Shown here in pieces: positions 19,539-27,259 of a stretch of DNA of 56,227 nt. Under the pieces are notes generated by a model that worked only from the letters and a program-made list of their open reading frames with translations, was not told where the DNA came from and did not search any database. A program made the position numbers and the translations under genes. Positions within the stretch are counted from its first letter, which is position 1. Every line of letters starts with the position of its first letter. This DNA comes from a virus. Taxonomy: Duplodnaviria > Caudoviricetes. The DNA is taken from positions 1-56,227 of IMG/VR virus record IMGVR_UViG_3300031885_000017, one strand, 5' to 3'.

Positions 19539-20009
19539 TCACCTGACACTCTTCCTGGCTGGTTGTTTGGCCGTACCTTTTGTGTTCGGGACGCCGCTGG
19601 AGTGGTAGCCATACTTGGGGCGGCGCCGCTCTAGGTAATGGGATACAAGATCTACGATTCGTTCCTGCTGCTCGTTGTAGGTTTCCAGCTCCTTCTTCGT
19701 GCGGCACTTCCGAAGGAACGCATCAAGAGGAGCAAACAGGAGGACATGCAGCGCCTCATGGACAGCAAGTTGCTCTAGGGTTTCGGCATCTGCTTGGTCT
19801 ACGACATCCCTACGACAGGTAAGGTTCGCCCAGGCATAAGGGTAGCCATGAGTTACACGGCAGTCTGGTTGGTCGGAGTCCGTACTTGGGTCGTCGAACT
19901 GATCCACGAATGAGACACGGAGGGCATATTGCTGGAGGAAGCCCAGCCAGCGCAGGACACCCTCGGTGGCCTCCTCAACCTTCTTGGCCCGGCTCTTGTC
20001 GCTTGGCAA
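19539..20009 (-). CDS. HExxH metallopeptidase-like protein
   Basis: AVHEALHVLL with downstream E. Confidence 0.6.
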   Translation of the reverse strand: MPSDKSRAKKVEEATEGVLRWLGFLQQYALRVSFVDQFDDPSTDSDQPDCRVTHGYPYAWANLTCRRDVVDQADAETLEQLAVHEALHVLLFAPLDAFLRKCRTKKELETYNEQQERIVDLVSHYLERRRPKYGYHSSGVPNTKGTAKQPARKSVR

Positions 20010-20011
20010 GG

Positions 20012-20410
20012 CTATCTCCCCAGTAGTATCAAGCCACCGGGCGTCCGCTTCTCAGCGTCCGGTCCCACCGCCAGTGTGTTGTAGAGCCGAACCAGATCCA
20101 CCATGAGGTACTCGTCTCGGCGCTGGACCATCACGCCGAGTCCCTGGATGATCCCGGCGGCAAAGGCCACCCGTGCCTCATCCGGGAAGCGGTTGAGGAA
20201 GTCGATGAGAAGTCCCACCAGCATCTCGCCATCAGTCCAGCCGAGACCCTGCATGATGGCCCCCACCGCGGCTGAGAACAGCCCGGTGCGACTATCCGCC
20301 GTGGCATCAACCATCTTGAACGTCGTCTTGTCCGGTCGCCAGATGTCGGCGGGCAGTGAGAGACTTCCGGCAAACTTGAACTTGGCCGGGGCCTTGTTTT
20401 TCTGGCTCAT
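20012..20410 (-). CDS. Hypothetical protein
   Basis: ATGA-coupled ORF, C-terminal TPGGLIL motif. Confidence 0.6.
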   Translation of the reverse strand: MSQKNKAPAKFKFAGSLSLPADIWRPDKTTFKMVDATADSRTGLFSAAVGAIMQGLGWTDGEMLVGLLIDFLNRFPDEARVAFAAGIIQGLGVMVQRRDEYLMVDLVRLYNTLAVGPDAEKRTPGGLILLGR

Positions 20411-20610
20411 GTCTCTGTGGTGTCCACGTGGCAGGAGCAGGCGCACCCCAGACGGCCAATGATCTGTTTGGCCCTGTACCCATCCTTGCACCCGCACCGT
20501 GGGCAGGCGGGGGTATGCGCCCCTATCCTTGTGGGCTTCTCGTGCTCGTGTACGCCCCGTTCGTGGAGCCGCCGGTCTCGATATGGGTCTGCGTAGTCTA
20601 TCTGGCTCAT
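20407..20610 (-). CDS. Small Cys-rich protein
   Basis: CPRCGC..CACSCH. Confidence 0.5.
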   Translation of the reverse strand: MSQIDYADPYRDRRLHERGVHEHEKPTRIGAHTPACPRCGCKDGYRAKQIIGRLGCACSCHVDTTET

Positions 20611-20614
20611 TTCT

Positions 20615-21049
20615 TCACCTTCCCAGTGTTCTTGGACGCCGGTTCCGGTTCTGCTCACTCCGAGTCGCCCAACGGCAGTTCCCAGGTTCGTAGTTGCCGT
20701 CGTTGTCAATTCGGTCTATGGTGAGCCCCTCCGGTTTCACACCCATGTCCTCTAAGAAGGCCGCAAAGGAACGCCACCGCTCACAGACGGTGATGCCCCT
20801 GCCACCGTAGTAGATATAGGCTTTGTTGTTGGGGTTGAGGCAACATTGGATTATGCCCTTCCAACAATAGTAGGTTAGCGAGGGTCCACTATGCCTGCCG
20901 TGACCATGACGTATGTGGCGGAGACTCATCCTGGCGCGGGTTTCAGTAGAGTGTTTGTTGCCTCGCGCATTCTGGTTGCCCATCGCACCCGCACTTATTT
21001 TGGCACGGGAGAGGACACTATGTTTGAAACCTAGCCAGGGCATCGTCAT
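20615..21049 (-). CDS. HNH homing endonuclease with NUMOD3-like N-terminus
   Basis: [32 protein letters not shown]; [11 protein letters not shown]. Confidence 0.88.
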   Translation of the reverse strand: MTMPWLGFKHSVLSRAKISAGAMGNQNARGNKHSTETRARMSLRHIRHGHGRHSGPSLTYYCWKGIIQCCLNPNNKAYIYYGGRGITVCERWRSFAAFLEDMGVKPEGLTIDRIDNDGNYEPGNCRWATRSEQNRNRRPRTLGR

Positions 21050-21052
21050 ATC

Positions 21053-21274
21053 CTACCCGACAGACTCCCCGATCACAGACTGGATGATGAAGCGGATCGT
21101 CTCAGCACGGTTCTTGAAGCCCATCTTCTGGGTTAGGGTGTCAAGGGCCTCCGACTCTTCGGGCGTCAGGCGGGTGGCCACAGCAATCCCTAAACCAGCG
21201 CCGTTTCCCGGTGGACGCCCGCGCCGCCGTCCAGAGACGGGCGCAGTTGGCGTAACATTAACTTGTGGGCACAC
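21053..21274 (-). CDS. Ribbon-helix-helix DNA-binding protein
   Basis: RGRPP hook then VATRLTPEESEALD..GFKNRAETIR. Confidence 0.75.
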   Translation of the reverse strand: MCPQVNVTPTAPVSGRRRGRPPGNGAGLGIAVATRLTPEESEALDTLTQKMGFKNRAETIRFIIQSVIGESVG

Positions 21275-21277
21275 GGG

Positions 21278-21757
21278 TCACACCCTGCCTAGCGTCCGGC
21301 GTCTGAGATCCCGCAGGAACCGTCCGGGAATCTGGATCCGCCTGTCACACTGCGGACAGCAGACCAGGAAAATGTCGTCTGTGTTGACCTTTGCTCTGTC
21401 CACCTTCTCCCCCAATCGGATCACGTCCGAGGTCTCAATGATCTCGGTTGGCTTCTTCTTGGCGACGATTCGCATAATGGCCCCACAGCGGTCACAGGGG
21501 AAGGCTTCGGGGCCACCGACGACTTCCTTGATCTGGTTCGGCGGCGTTTCGGTGTACGGATCCCAGTTGATGAAGCGCCAGGGGCTTTCCGGGGTGGCGT
21601 CGGGGTCGTTGGGGTCGTGGCCAAATCTCCACTTGAAATGGAAGTCAACGCCTCTTTTGCCTGGCCCGCGGGGGGTGCCTCGACTACGGTTACTTTCAGT
21701 GGCTCCAGCCCCAGGGGGTTGGCTAGGGTCGCCAGGTCGGTCAGTGCTTCTATCCAC
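21278..21757 (-). CDS. Zn-ribbon protein
   Basis: CDRC..CPQC; GTG start 8 nt after GAGGAG; overlaps upstream gene by 337 nt. Confidence 0.6.
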   Translation of the reverse strand: MDRSTDRPGDPSQPPGAGATESNRSRGTPRGPGKRGVDFHFKWRFGHDPNDPDATPESPWRFINWDPYTETPPNQIKEVVGGPEAFPCDRCGAIMRIVAKKKPTEIIETSDVIRLGEKVDRAKVNTDDIFLVCCPQCDRRIQIPGRFLRDLRRRTLGRV

Positions 21758-22854
21758 CGGGTACTCTCCTCGGTATTCTTGGGCCCTGTGCCATAAACAC
21801 GGAGCAGATCCGACAGGGGATCGGTCTCAATGTCTCGTATCATCACCGTCGGGCCCGGTCTGTTATTCCAGAAGGTACAGGCGGCCACCTCCATAATGTC
21901 CTGGACGGTGCCCAGGATGGTGTGGGCGCTGGCCACGCCGGGGTGGAGACCGCCATGCAGTTTGCGGCCGTAGAGTGTCCTCGCCAGGCGGTCGCGCTGG
22001 TAGGACTGCATGAGAGTGATGATGCCGAGCCACAGGCTGGGGAGACGTTTGTTCCACTGGTCTCCGACCGCCGGGAGGTTGTCCGGCAGCCGATCAACCA
22101 AGGACGCATCCACTCCGGCCATCACGTCCACCGACCGGCCGCAGATGTGCCACAGTAGGACTGCCTTCGTCACGTCGGGCGGCCACTCGAAGAGTCCAGC
22201 CAGTCCGGTCAGTGGATCGTGGCCGCCGGTGAAGAGCCACTCTAGGGTTGGGTCGCCGGTGTAACGCCGAAGGACATGGAGCCAGAGATCGGAGTAGGAC
22301 ACCCACCAGTCCGGCGGTGCATCCAGTCCGAACAGACGCCACTCCGCCCGGAGCCGAGCCAGCGGTAGCGAGACGGCGAAATAATACGAAGGTGCCTCCC
22401 ACTGTAGTTGGGGCTCTAGGAGCCGGGCGGTGAACGCCTGATCCTGGAGGGAGATGCCGGTCGGTGCCGGTGCCCCGCCGGTGTTGTAGGCGCAGGCCCG
22501 AAGGTCGCCCAACATGCACATCGACAGCCGGAGGAAGAACTCCCCGGCTGGATATGGTGCAGAGAGGGCGTGCATCAATCCCACCAGTGTCTCCGCCGCA
22601 TCGAGTGCTACCAGGCGGGGCGGGGAGGCGCCCATGATCGCGGCAGCCAGCGCAAATCGGGCATAGTCCCCGCCCCCGTCGCGTGGGAGAATGAAGACAT
22701 CCTTCTCCTGGGCCAGGATGATCTGTTCGTCGTCTACCGCCACGCCGACAGGATCCGCATCGTGGAATCCCATCGCCTTCAGCCTCTCCATGAAGTCTGT
22801 GGTTCCGGCCGGGTCGATGAGGCGGTGAATGCCGTAGGGACGGTTGTCGCTCAC
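21421..22854 (-). CDS. Degenerate (likely inactive) family A DNA polymerase paralog
   Basis: Collinear remnants of PolA motifs: VSYSDLWLHVLRRYTGDPTL (motif A), TKAVLLWHICG (B), RTLYGRK, ILGTVQDIM, PLKV. Confidence 0.65.
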   Translation of the reverse strand: MSDNRPYGIHRLIDPAGTTDFMERLKAMGFHDADPVGVAVDDEQIILAQEKDVFILPRDGGGDYARFALAAAIMGASPPRLVALDAAETLVGLMHALSAPYPAGEFFLRLSMCMLGDLRACAYNTGGAPAPTGISLQDQAFTARLLEPQLQWEAPSYYFAVSLPLARLRAEWRLFGLDAPPDWWVSYSDLWLHVLRRYTGDPTLEWLFTGGHDPLTGLAGLFEWPPDVTKAVLLWHICGRSVDVMAGVDASLVDRLPDNLPAVGDQWNKRLPSLWLGIITLMQSYQRDRLARTLYGRKLHGGLHPGVASAHTILGTVQDIMEVAACTFWNNRPGPTVMIRDIETDPLSDLLRVYGTGPKNTEESTRWIEALTDLATLANPLGLEPLKVTVVEAPPAGQAKEALTSISSGDLATTPTTPTPPRKAPGASSTGIRTPKRRRTRSRKSSVAPKPSPVTAVGPLCESSPRRSQPRSLRPRT

Positions 22855-22937
22855 GACCTGATCACCCTCCACCACCAGCGTAACGCCCAGAGCGTGAGTG
22901 TCAGATAAGCCACCAGCGCAATGTCGTACCCACTCAT
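22851..22937 (-). CDS. 28-aa hydrophobic peptide
   Basis: MSGYDIALVAYLTLTLWALRWWWRVIRS, coupled by ATGA/GTGA overlaps on both sides. Confidence 0.5.
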   Translation of the reverse strand: MSGYDIALVAYLTLTLWALRWWWRVIRS

Positions 22938-23179
22938 AGTGCCCCCACTAGGAGTTTGACTATGCCGCGTCCGCTCGGACTGAGTATGGGGCGGCCAAAC
23001 CGCTTCAACAGCACCTCATCCACGGCTAGAAGCCGGTTGGCTAGGCGGCGCCCGTGCTCCTCTAACTTCTCCTCCGTCCAGTCGGCATACCATCGGTCTA
23101 TGAGTTCCTGCCGACTGCCGGTACGAGTGCGCCGTCTTCGTCCGCCGCGGACTCGGTAGGTGATCTTCTCCTCACTCAC
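22934..23179 (-). CDS. Hypothetical basic protein
   Basis: Coupled ORF. Confidence 0.55.
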   Translation of the reverse strand: MSEEKITYRVRGGRRRRTRTGSRQELIDRWYADWTEEKLEEHGRRLANRLLAVDEVLLKRFGRPILSPSGRGIVKLLVGAL

Positions 23180-23797
23180 CTAAACCTCGATCCCCTTGGC
23201 CCGCAACTTGGCCCGCGCCGCCTCCGGCACCGGCTTCCCGGCTCTGATGGCAAGCAACGCTATCGCCTCATCGCCGGTCAGGTGAATGTCGAAGATGGTG
23301 CCCTTGATCTCCTTGGTCTCCTGGAGAATCTTGGATGCCCGCAGGATCGTGTCACCCGCCCGGAGACGTATCCGCCAGTCCGGTACTGTGTAACCGACCT
23401 CGAACTCCTTGCCGCAGTCAGGGCACGCGGCCTTGATCTTGCGGCCGCGCTCGGCATCCAGCGCCTCGTCATACATACCCGCCGCCCGTCCCGACATTAC
23501 TTCCATCTCACGCTTGGTGAACTTGGTATCGTCCGGGCTGATGAGGTTGTCGTAGGCTGCGTTGAAGGCGGTGTCCCGATCCAGCCAGCCGCGTACCCTG
23601 CGCTCCTTGATTTGCAGGACGGTGCAGGCCTTCCGCCAGCTCCCGTGAACCAGAAGTTCCTGGAGCCACTGGCGCTGGACGAGCATGAGGCCATCCGGCC
23701 CGCGGCGCTGGAGCCCACGCTCATCGCCGAGGTAGTCCTCGACCGTCGAGACGACCTCTCCCTCTAGTGGCACTAGGGCCTTGTTATCGTCGATCAC
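23180..23797 (-). CDS. HTH protein, terminase small subunit-like, with CxxC insert
   Basis: GSWRKACTVLQIKERRVRGWLDRDTAFNAA; RLRAGDTIL; GTGA overlap at 23797. Confidence 0.5.
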   Translation of the reverse strand: MIDDNKALVPLEGEVVSTVEDYLGDERGLQRRGPDGLMLVQRQWLQELLVHGSWRKACTVLQIKERRVRGWLDRDTAFNAAYDNLISPDDTKFTKREMEVMSGRAAGMYDEALDAERGRKIKAACPDCGKEFEVGYTVPDWRIRLRAGDTILRASKILQETKEIKGTIFDIHLTGDEAIALLAIRAGKPVPEAARAKLRAKGIEV

Positions 23798-24174
23798 AGG
23801 ATGGGTAGACCTTTCGCCTTCCGGTCGTTGAACCAGGCGATGAAGGCATCGATCCCGAAGAACACCCGCTTGGCGCAGCCCAATAGGAATGCGTCCGGGA
23901 CCGGATCTTCGGTGATCAGTAGAATCCGTTTCCCCAGGGCTGCCGCGAAGCCGATTTCGGCAGATGTTCCCAAACAACGGGTCGGCGGCGCTGGAATGAG
24001 GGCTATCACGCCAATGCAATCAGGAGACCTAATGGTATGGAAGTCACCTGTGACGAATGCGAACACGGCATCCTGGTTGTTTCCTTGCGGGTCGTAGACA
24101 CGTATCCCACACTCGTCTGCAATCCTCTTCCGCCAGTTGGTGTAGAAGCCACCGGCGCCATAGTAGTAGCTCAT
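23794..24174 (-). CDS. Nucleoside 2-deoxyribosyltransferase/dNMP N-glycosidase fold
   Basis: YxAGGF..VYDP..D...I..GTSAEIGFAAALGK. Confidence 0.8.
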   Translation of the reverse strand: MSYYYGAGGFYTNWRKRIADECGIRVYDPQGNNQDAVFAFVTGDFHTIRSPDCIGVIALIPAPPTRCLGTSAEIGFAAALGKRILLITEDPVPDAFLLGCAKRVFFGIDAFIAWFNDRKAKGLPIL

Positions 24175-25049
24175 ACCGTCGGCCTCGTATCAAAGACGCG
24201 AGCCGCCGCGTTCACCACCCGCTGTAGCGAGTCGGGCTGGAAGGCCAGAAGTTCAGATGCCAGCCCCATGTAGGCTTTTCGCAGGGCGGCCTCATCCACC
24301 AGGGGCGGGTGGCTGCTGGCGTGAACCAACTTGCAGACCTCATCCCACTCGGCGTCCGTGGCGTGGTGGATGGTGTAGAAGCTGATACCCTCCGGGAAGT
24401 AGATACCTGCGCCCGTCGCTTGGAGGCGGATACCCTCCGGTCCCATCGTGCGGATCTGGCCAGAGTTTTTCGGCCACTCCCAGGGGTAAGACTGGAGCGT
24501 AGGAAAGACCGGCAGGCCGCCGAAGCTCTTGCCCTGGAGACAGTCCACGATAGCCAGTGTGATGTACCCATCTGGCTGCGACGGGCGGAAGGCTCCGGGG
24601 TAGATCATGGGCATTACGCCATCGCACCGATGCAACATGACCTGCTGGTAGGGATGACTCAAGCGGTCGCTCCGTGTGTCGATGGAGGCGTAGAGCAGAA
24701 CCCTGGGATGGCGGGTGCGGAAAGTATTGATGAGAGTCGTCATCGCTGGGCCAGTGTCCGCAAGTGGACCCCAACCTCCGCCTTCTTCAGCGTTGATGAC
24801 GGCAAAGGCGGCCCCCGCATCTACAGCGTCAGCCAGTTTGTTGCCTTCACTAATAGGATTGTTGGCGGAGGCAAACCGCTCCGTCGCCCACCGGATGCCG
24901 CCCGCAGTGTAGGCTTTCTCCGTCGCGGGCATCCCGTACTTGACGATGACGCCCTCGATCTTGGCCCGCTGCGCCCGCTCGACGCACTTCGCCAGGGGCA
25001 GGGTGCTGTAGTTGTTGTGCCACGCCCAGATGCCTGCGGCTGTTGTCAT
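24171..25049 (-). CDS. TIM-barrel glycoside hydrolase (GH25-like), putative endolysin
   Basis: GIWAW, GVIVK, VINAE, DGVMPMIY, GISFY strand pattern. Confidence 0.6.
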   Translation of the reverse strand: MTTAAGIWAWHNNYSTLPLAKCVERAQRAKIEGVIVKYGMPATEKAYTAGGIRWATERFASANNPISEGNKLADAVDAGAAFAVINAEEGGGWGPLADTGPAMTTLINTFRTRHPRVLLYASIDTRSDRLSHPYQQVMLHRCDGVMPMIYPGAFRPSQPDGYITLAIVDCLQGKSFGGLPVFPTLQSYPWEWPKNSGQIRTMGPEGIRLQATGAGIYFPEGISFYTIHHATDAEWDEVCKLVHASSHPPLVDEAALRKAYMGLASELLAFQPDSLQRVVNAAARVFDTRPTV

Positions 25050-25429
25050 CAGATGACCTCCCGTAGTAAGGACGTTCCTTCTGGTAGTTCATCGGCGCGG
25101 CTGACGCGGATGAGTCCGAACTCCCCGGCCCACCGCCACTCCCGGTCGGCGCCGAAAGAACGGTCATAGCGGAGGATGGCATCGCAGCGTCGCAGAATCT
25201 CTTTGTCCCATTGGTAGTAGAGATTGGAGGCCTGCGGCAGCGATGTCCGCATCCCAAATCCATACGTGTGGGTATGTGGGATCATAGGGATGTGCCCACG
25301 TAGGATTATCTCTTCGGCGACCTCGACTGCCCGGCGGAGGTTGTGTTCCACCTCCCGCATCTGGGCGTCAATGTCCCCGCCACCTCTCGGTGTGTATGGT
25401 CCCGCGACGTAAACGAGTAGTCGCTTCAT
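25049..25429 (-). CDS. DUF1937/DUF4406-like NDT-fold protein
   Basis: VYVAGPYT..PH..CDAILR..SFGADRE. Confidence 0.8.
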   Translation of the reverse strand: MKRLLVYVAGPYTPRGGGDIDAQMREVEHNLRRAVEVAEEIILRGHIPMIPHTHTYGFGMRTSLPQASNLYYQWDKEILRRCDAILRYDRSFGADREWRWAGEFGLIRVSRADELPEGTSLLREVI

Positions 25430-25442
25430 GGTTGGTGTTCCT

Positions 25443-25808
25443 TTAGGGTCTCCAACGTGCCACCTGTTCGGGTGACAAAGAGCCTATGTGCACCAACTCT
25501 TTGGGCAGTCGGTCATCATAGCCAATGCCAAGGCGCTCGAACTCCATGAGGGTGAAACAGCACCAGATGACCGAGGCCAGGGGGTGTTGGCCATCTTCGG
25601 GATCGACGGTACGTCCCTGCCGCCAGGCCTCAAGGTGGCGGAAGAGGGCGGCAATGATACGCCCCCAGGCCATTCCCTTGCGCCAGTTGTGATCCCCGTA
25701 CTTGTTGGCACCCAGGGTATAAACCTCGGCCAACTTCTCTAGGGGATATGGCGGGAGGAGATCGTAGCGGAGTTTCCCCCGGTCGCTCTTGTTGGCTTCG
25801 TCAGACAT
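25443..25808 (-). CDS. DUF5664 dATP/dGTP diphosphohydrolase-like protein
   Basis: KLRYDLLP..GANKYGDHNWRKG..RHL..DPEDGQHPLA. Confidence 0.9.
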   Translation of the reverse strand: MSDEANKSDRGKLRYDLLPPYPLEKLAEVYTLGANKYGDHNWRKGMAWGRIIAALFRHLEAWRQGRTVDPEDGQHPLASVIWCCFTLMEFERLGIGYDDRLPKELVHIGSLSPEQVARWRP

Positions 25809-25812
25809 CGGC

Positions 25813-25998
25813 CTACGGTATGGGGGACTCCCCGACCTTCCGGCCCAGGAAACTGACCGTCCAGCCCCAGCCCTTGGCGGTCCAGATGTTCAGGGGACCG
25901 AGCTGAAGCTCGAAACCAGCGTCGTCCTGCGTCCAGTCGAGAGTGAGCCCCAGGCCGAGGACGTTGTAGCCCAGGGTAAAGAACAGTGAGAACCTCAT
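25813..25998 (-). CDS. Small hypothetical protein
   Basis: ATGA-coupled ORF. Confidence 0.45.
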   Translation of the reverse strand: MRFSLFFTLGYNVLGLGLTLDWTQDDAGFELQLGPLNIWTAKGWGWTVSFLGRKVGESPIP

Positions 25999-27170
25999 TC
26001 CTTCTCCTCCCCAATCCACCGCACCTGCCGGACTTCCTCAGCCGTGGCGAGATGGATGGTGTGCTGATGCGTCTTGCCGTACCGCGGATGGAACAGCATG
26101 AACTCCTGGCTTGGCAGGGTTGCCGCCGCCCGCGATCTTTCCAGGGTTAGCAGTGACGGGCCCACGAAAGAGCCATTCTGGATCACCTCGCCGCCGATCT
26201 CTGACTCGGCGGACTGGCGCTCGTGCAGGTGGCCCTTGAAGTAGTAGTGGATGATTTCGCCCAGGACAGAGTTGAGGCGCAACTTATTGTCGAGTGCCCC
26301 AACATACGTTGAATCAAGGCCCCTGATGCCATGCCCGTGCCGCCCGACGCAGCGCCAACCAAGGATGTCCACCTTGGCCAAGAAACTGCGGTGGAGGTGG
26401 AAGTCGATGGAGCCGCCGGTCAGGGCGTGTACCCCATCCGCCGTCTCCTGCCAAGTGCCGCCACAGGCACCGCGGATACGCTCGGCGATGATCTCCCAGG
26501 CAAACAGCTCGGCGTTGTCAGGGCCGTAGGAATCCCGCGCCCGCTCTGCCGTCCGCCCGTGGTTGCCCACGACCTTGTAGATGACGACCTTCCTGTAGCG
26601 GCGCAGGAAGGAAAGTAGCACGTCGGTCATGTCCTCAACGAACCCCATGACCTGGAAGAGCAGGGACTCGGACATCTGGAGTGCCTGCGTTGGGAACATA
26701 CGGCCGTGACCCTCCAATTCGTCCCCCAAGGCGAATATGTGGAGGGTATCCAGGGGCACCCAGAGCTGATTCATCTGGGTGAACCGGAGGAGACCGTCCC
26801 GCCAGCGGGCCATACGGTCTCTGGCGATGTCGATGTTGTATTCGCAGATGCCGGTCACACGGCGATCTATTTGGCTGTAGTAATGGAGGTCCGAGAAGAG
26901 GGCCACGCCTTCCTGGGGGGTATCGAAGCCCATCTCCTCGATACGGGTGGCAAAGATCTTGGGGGGAATGGGCAGTAGCGGCGCCCTCTCCCGGAGAAAT
27001 CCAGATAGGCGGTCCAGTTGTTCCGCAGATAGATCGGTTTGCGGTTCGGCAGGCTTGTCGGCTATGCGGCCGCCTGGGTGCTTGGGACAATACTTGCTGT
27101 TGGAGTTGGGGTTTGGCGGGGCGAAGATCTCGCCGCAGCCAGGGAACTGGCAGGGTCGTTCCCCACGCAC
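25995..27170 (-). CDS. Calcineurin-like metallophosphoesterase with N-terminal Zn finger
   Basis: SDLH, GD, GNHG, HGH, GHLH motifs; CQFPGC..YCPKH. Confidence 0.88.
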   Translation of the reverse strand: MRGERPCQFPGCGEIFAPPNPNSNSKYCPKHPGGRIADKPAEPQTDLSAEQLDRLSGFLRERAPLLPIPPKIFATRIEEMGFDTPQEGVALFSDLHYYSQIDRRVTGICEYNIDIARDRMARWRDGLLRFTQMNQLWVPLDTLHIFALGDELEGHGRMFPTQALQMSESLLFQVMGFVEDMTDVLLSFLRRYRKVVIYKVVGNHGRTAERARDSYGPDNAELFAWEIIAERIRGACGGTWQETADGVHALTGGSIDFHLHRSFLAKVDILGWRCVGRHGHGIRGLDSTYVGALDNKLRLNSVLGEIIHYYFKGHLHERQSAESEIGGEVIQNGSFVGPSLLTLERSRAAATLPSQEFMLFHPRYGKTHQHTIHLATAEEVRQVRWIGEEKE

Positions 27171-27259
27171 GGGCTCTCTCCCTTCGGGGTAACAGGCCTA
27201 CGGCGGCTCGCCGCCCACCGTGGGCCCTTCTCACACTTTCAGGGTAACATATTTCGCTG

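Noticed and set aside
23794-27170. Z-genome (2-aminoadenine) pathway
   Set aside because: No PurZ homolog seen in the window
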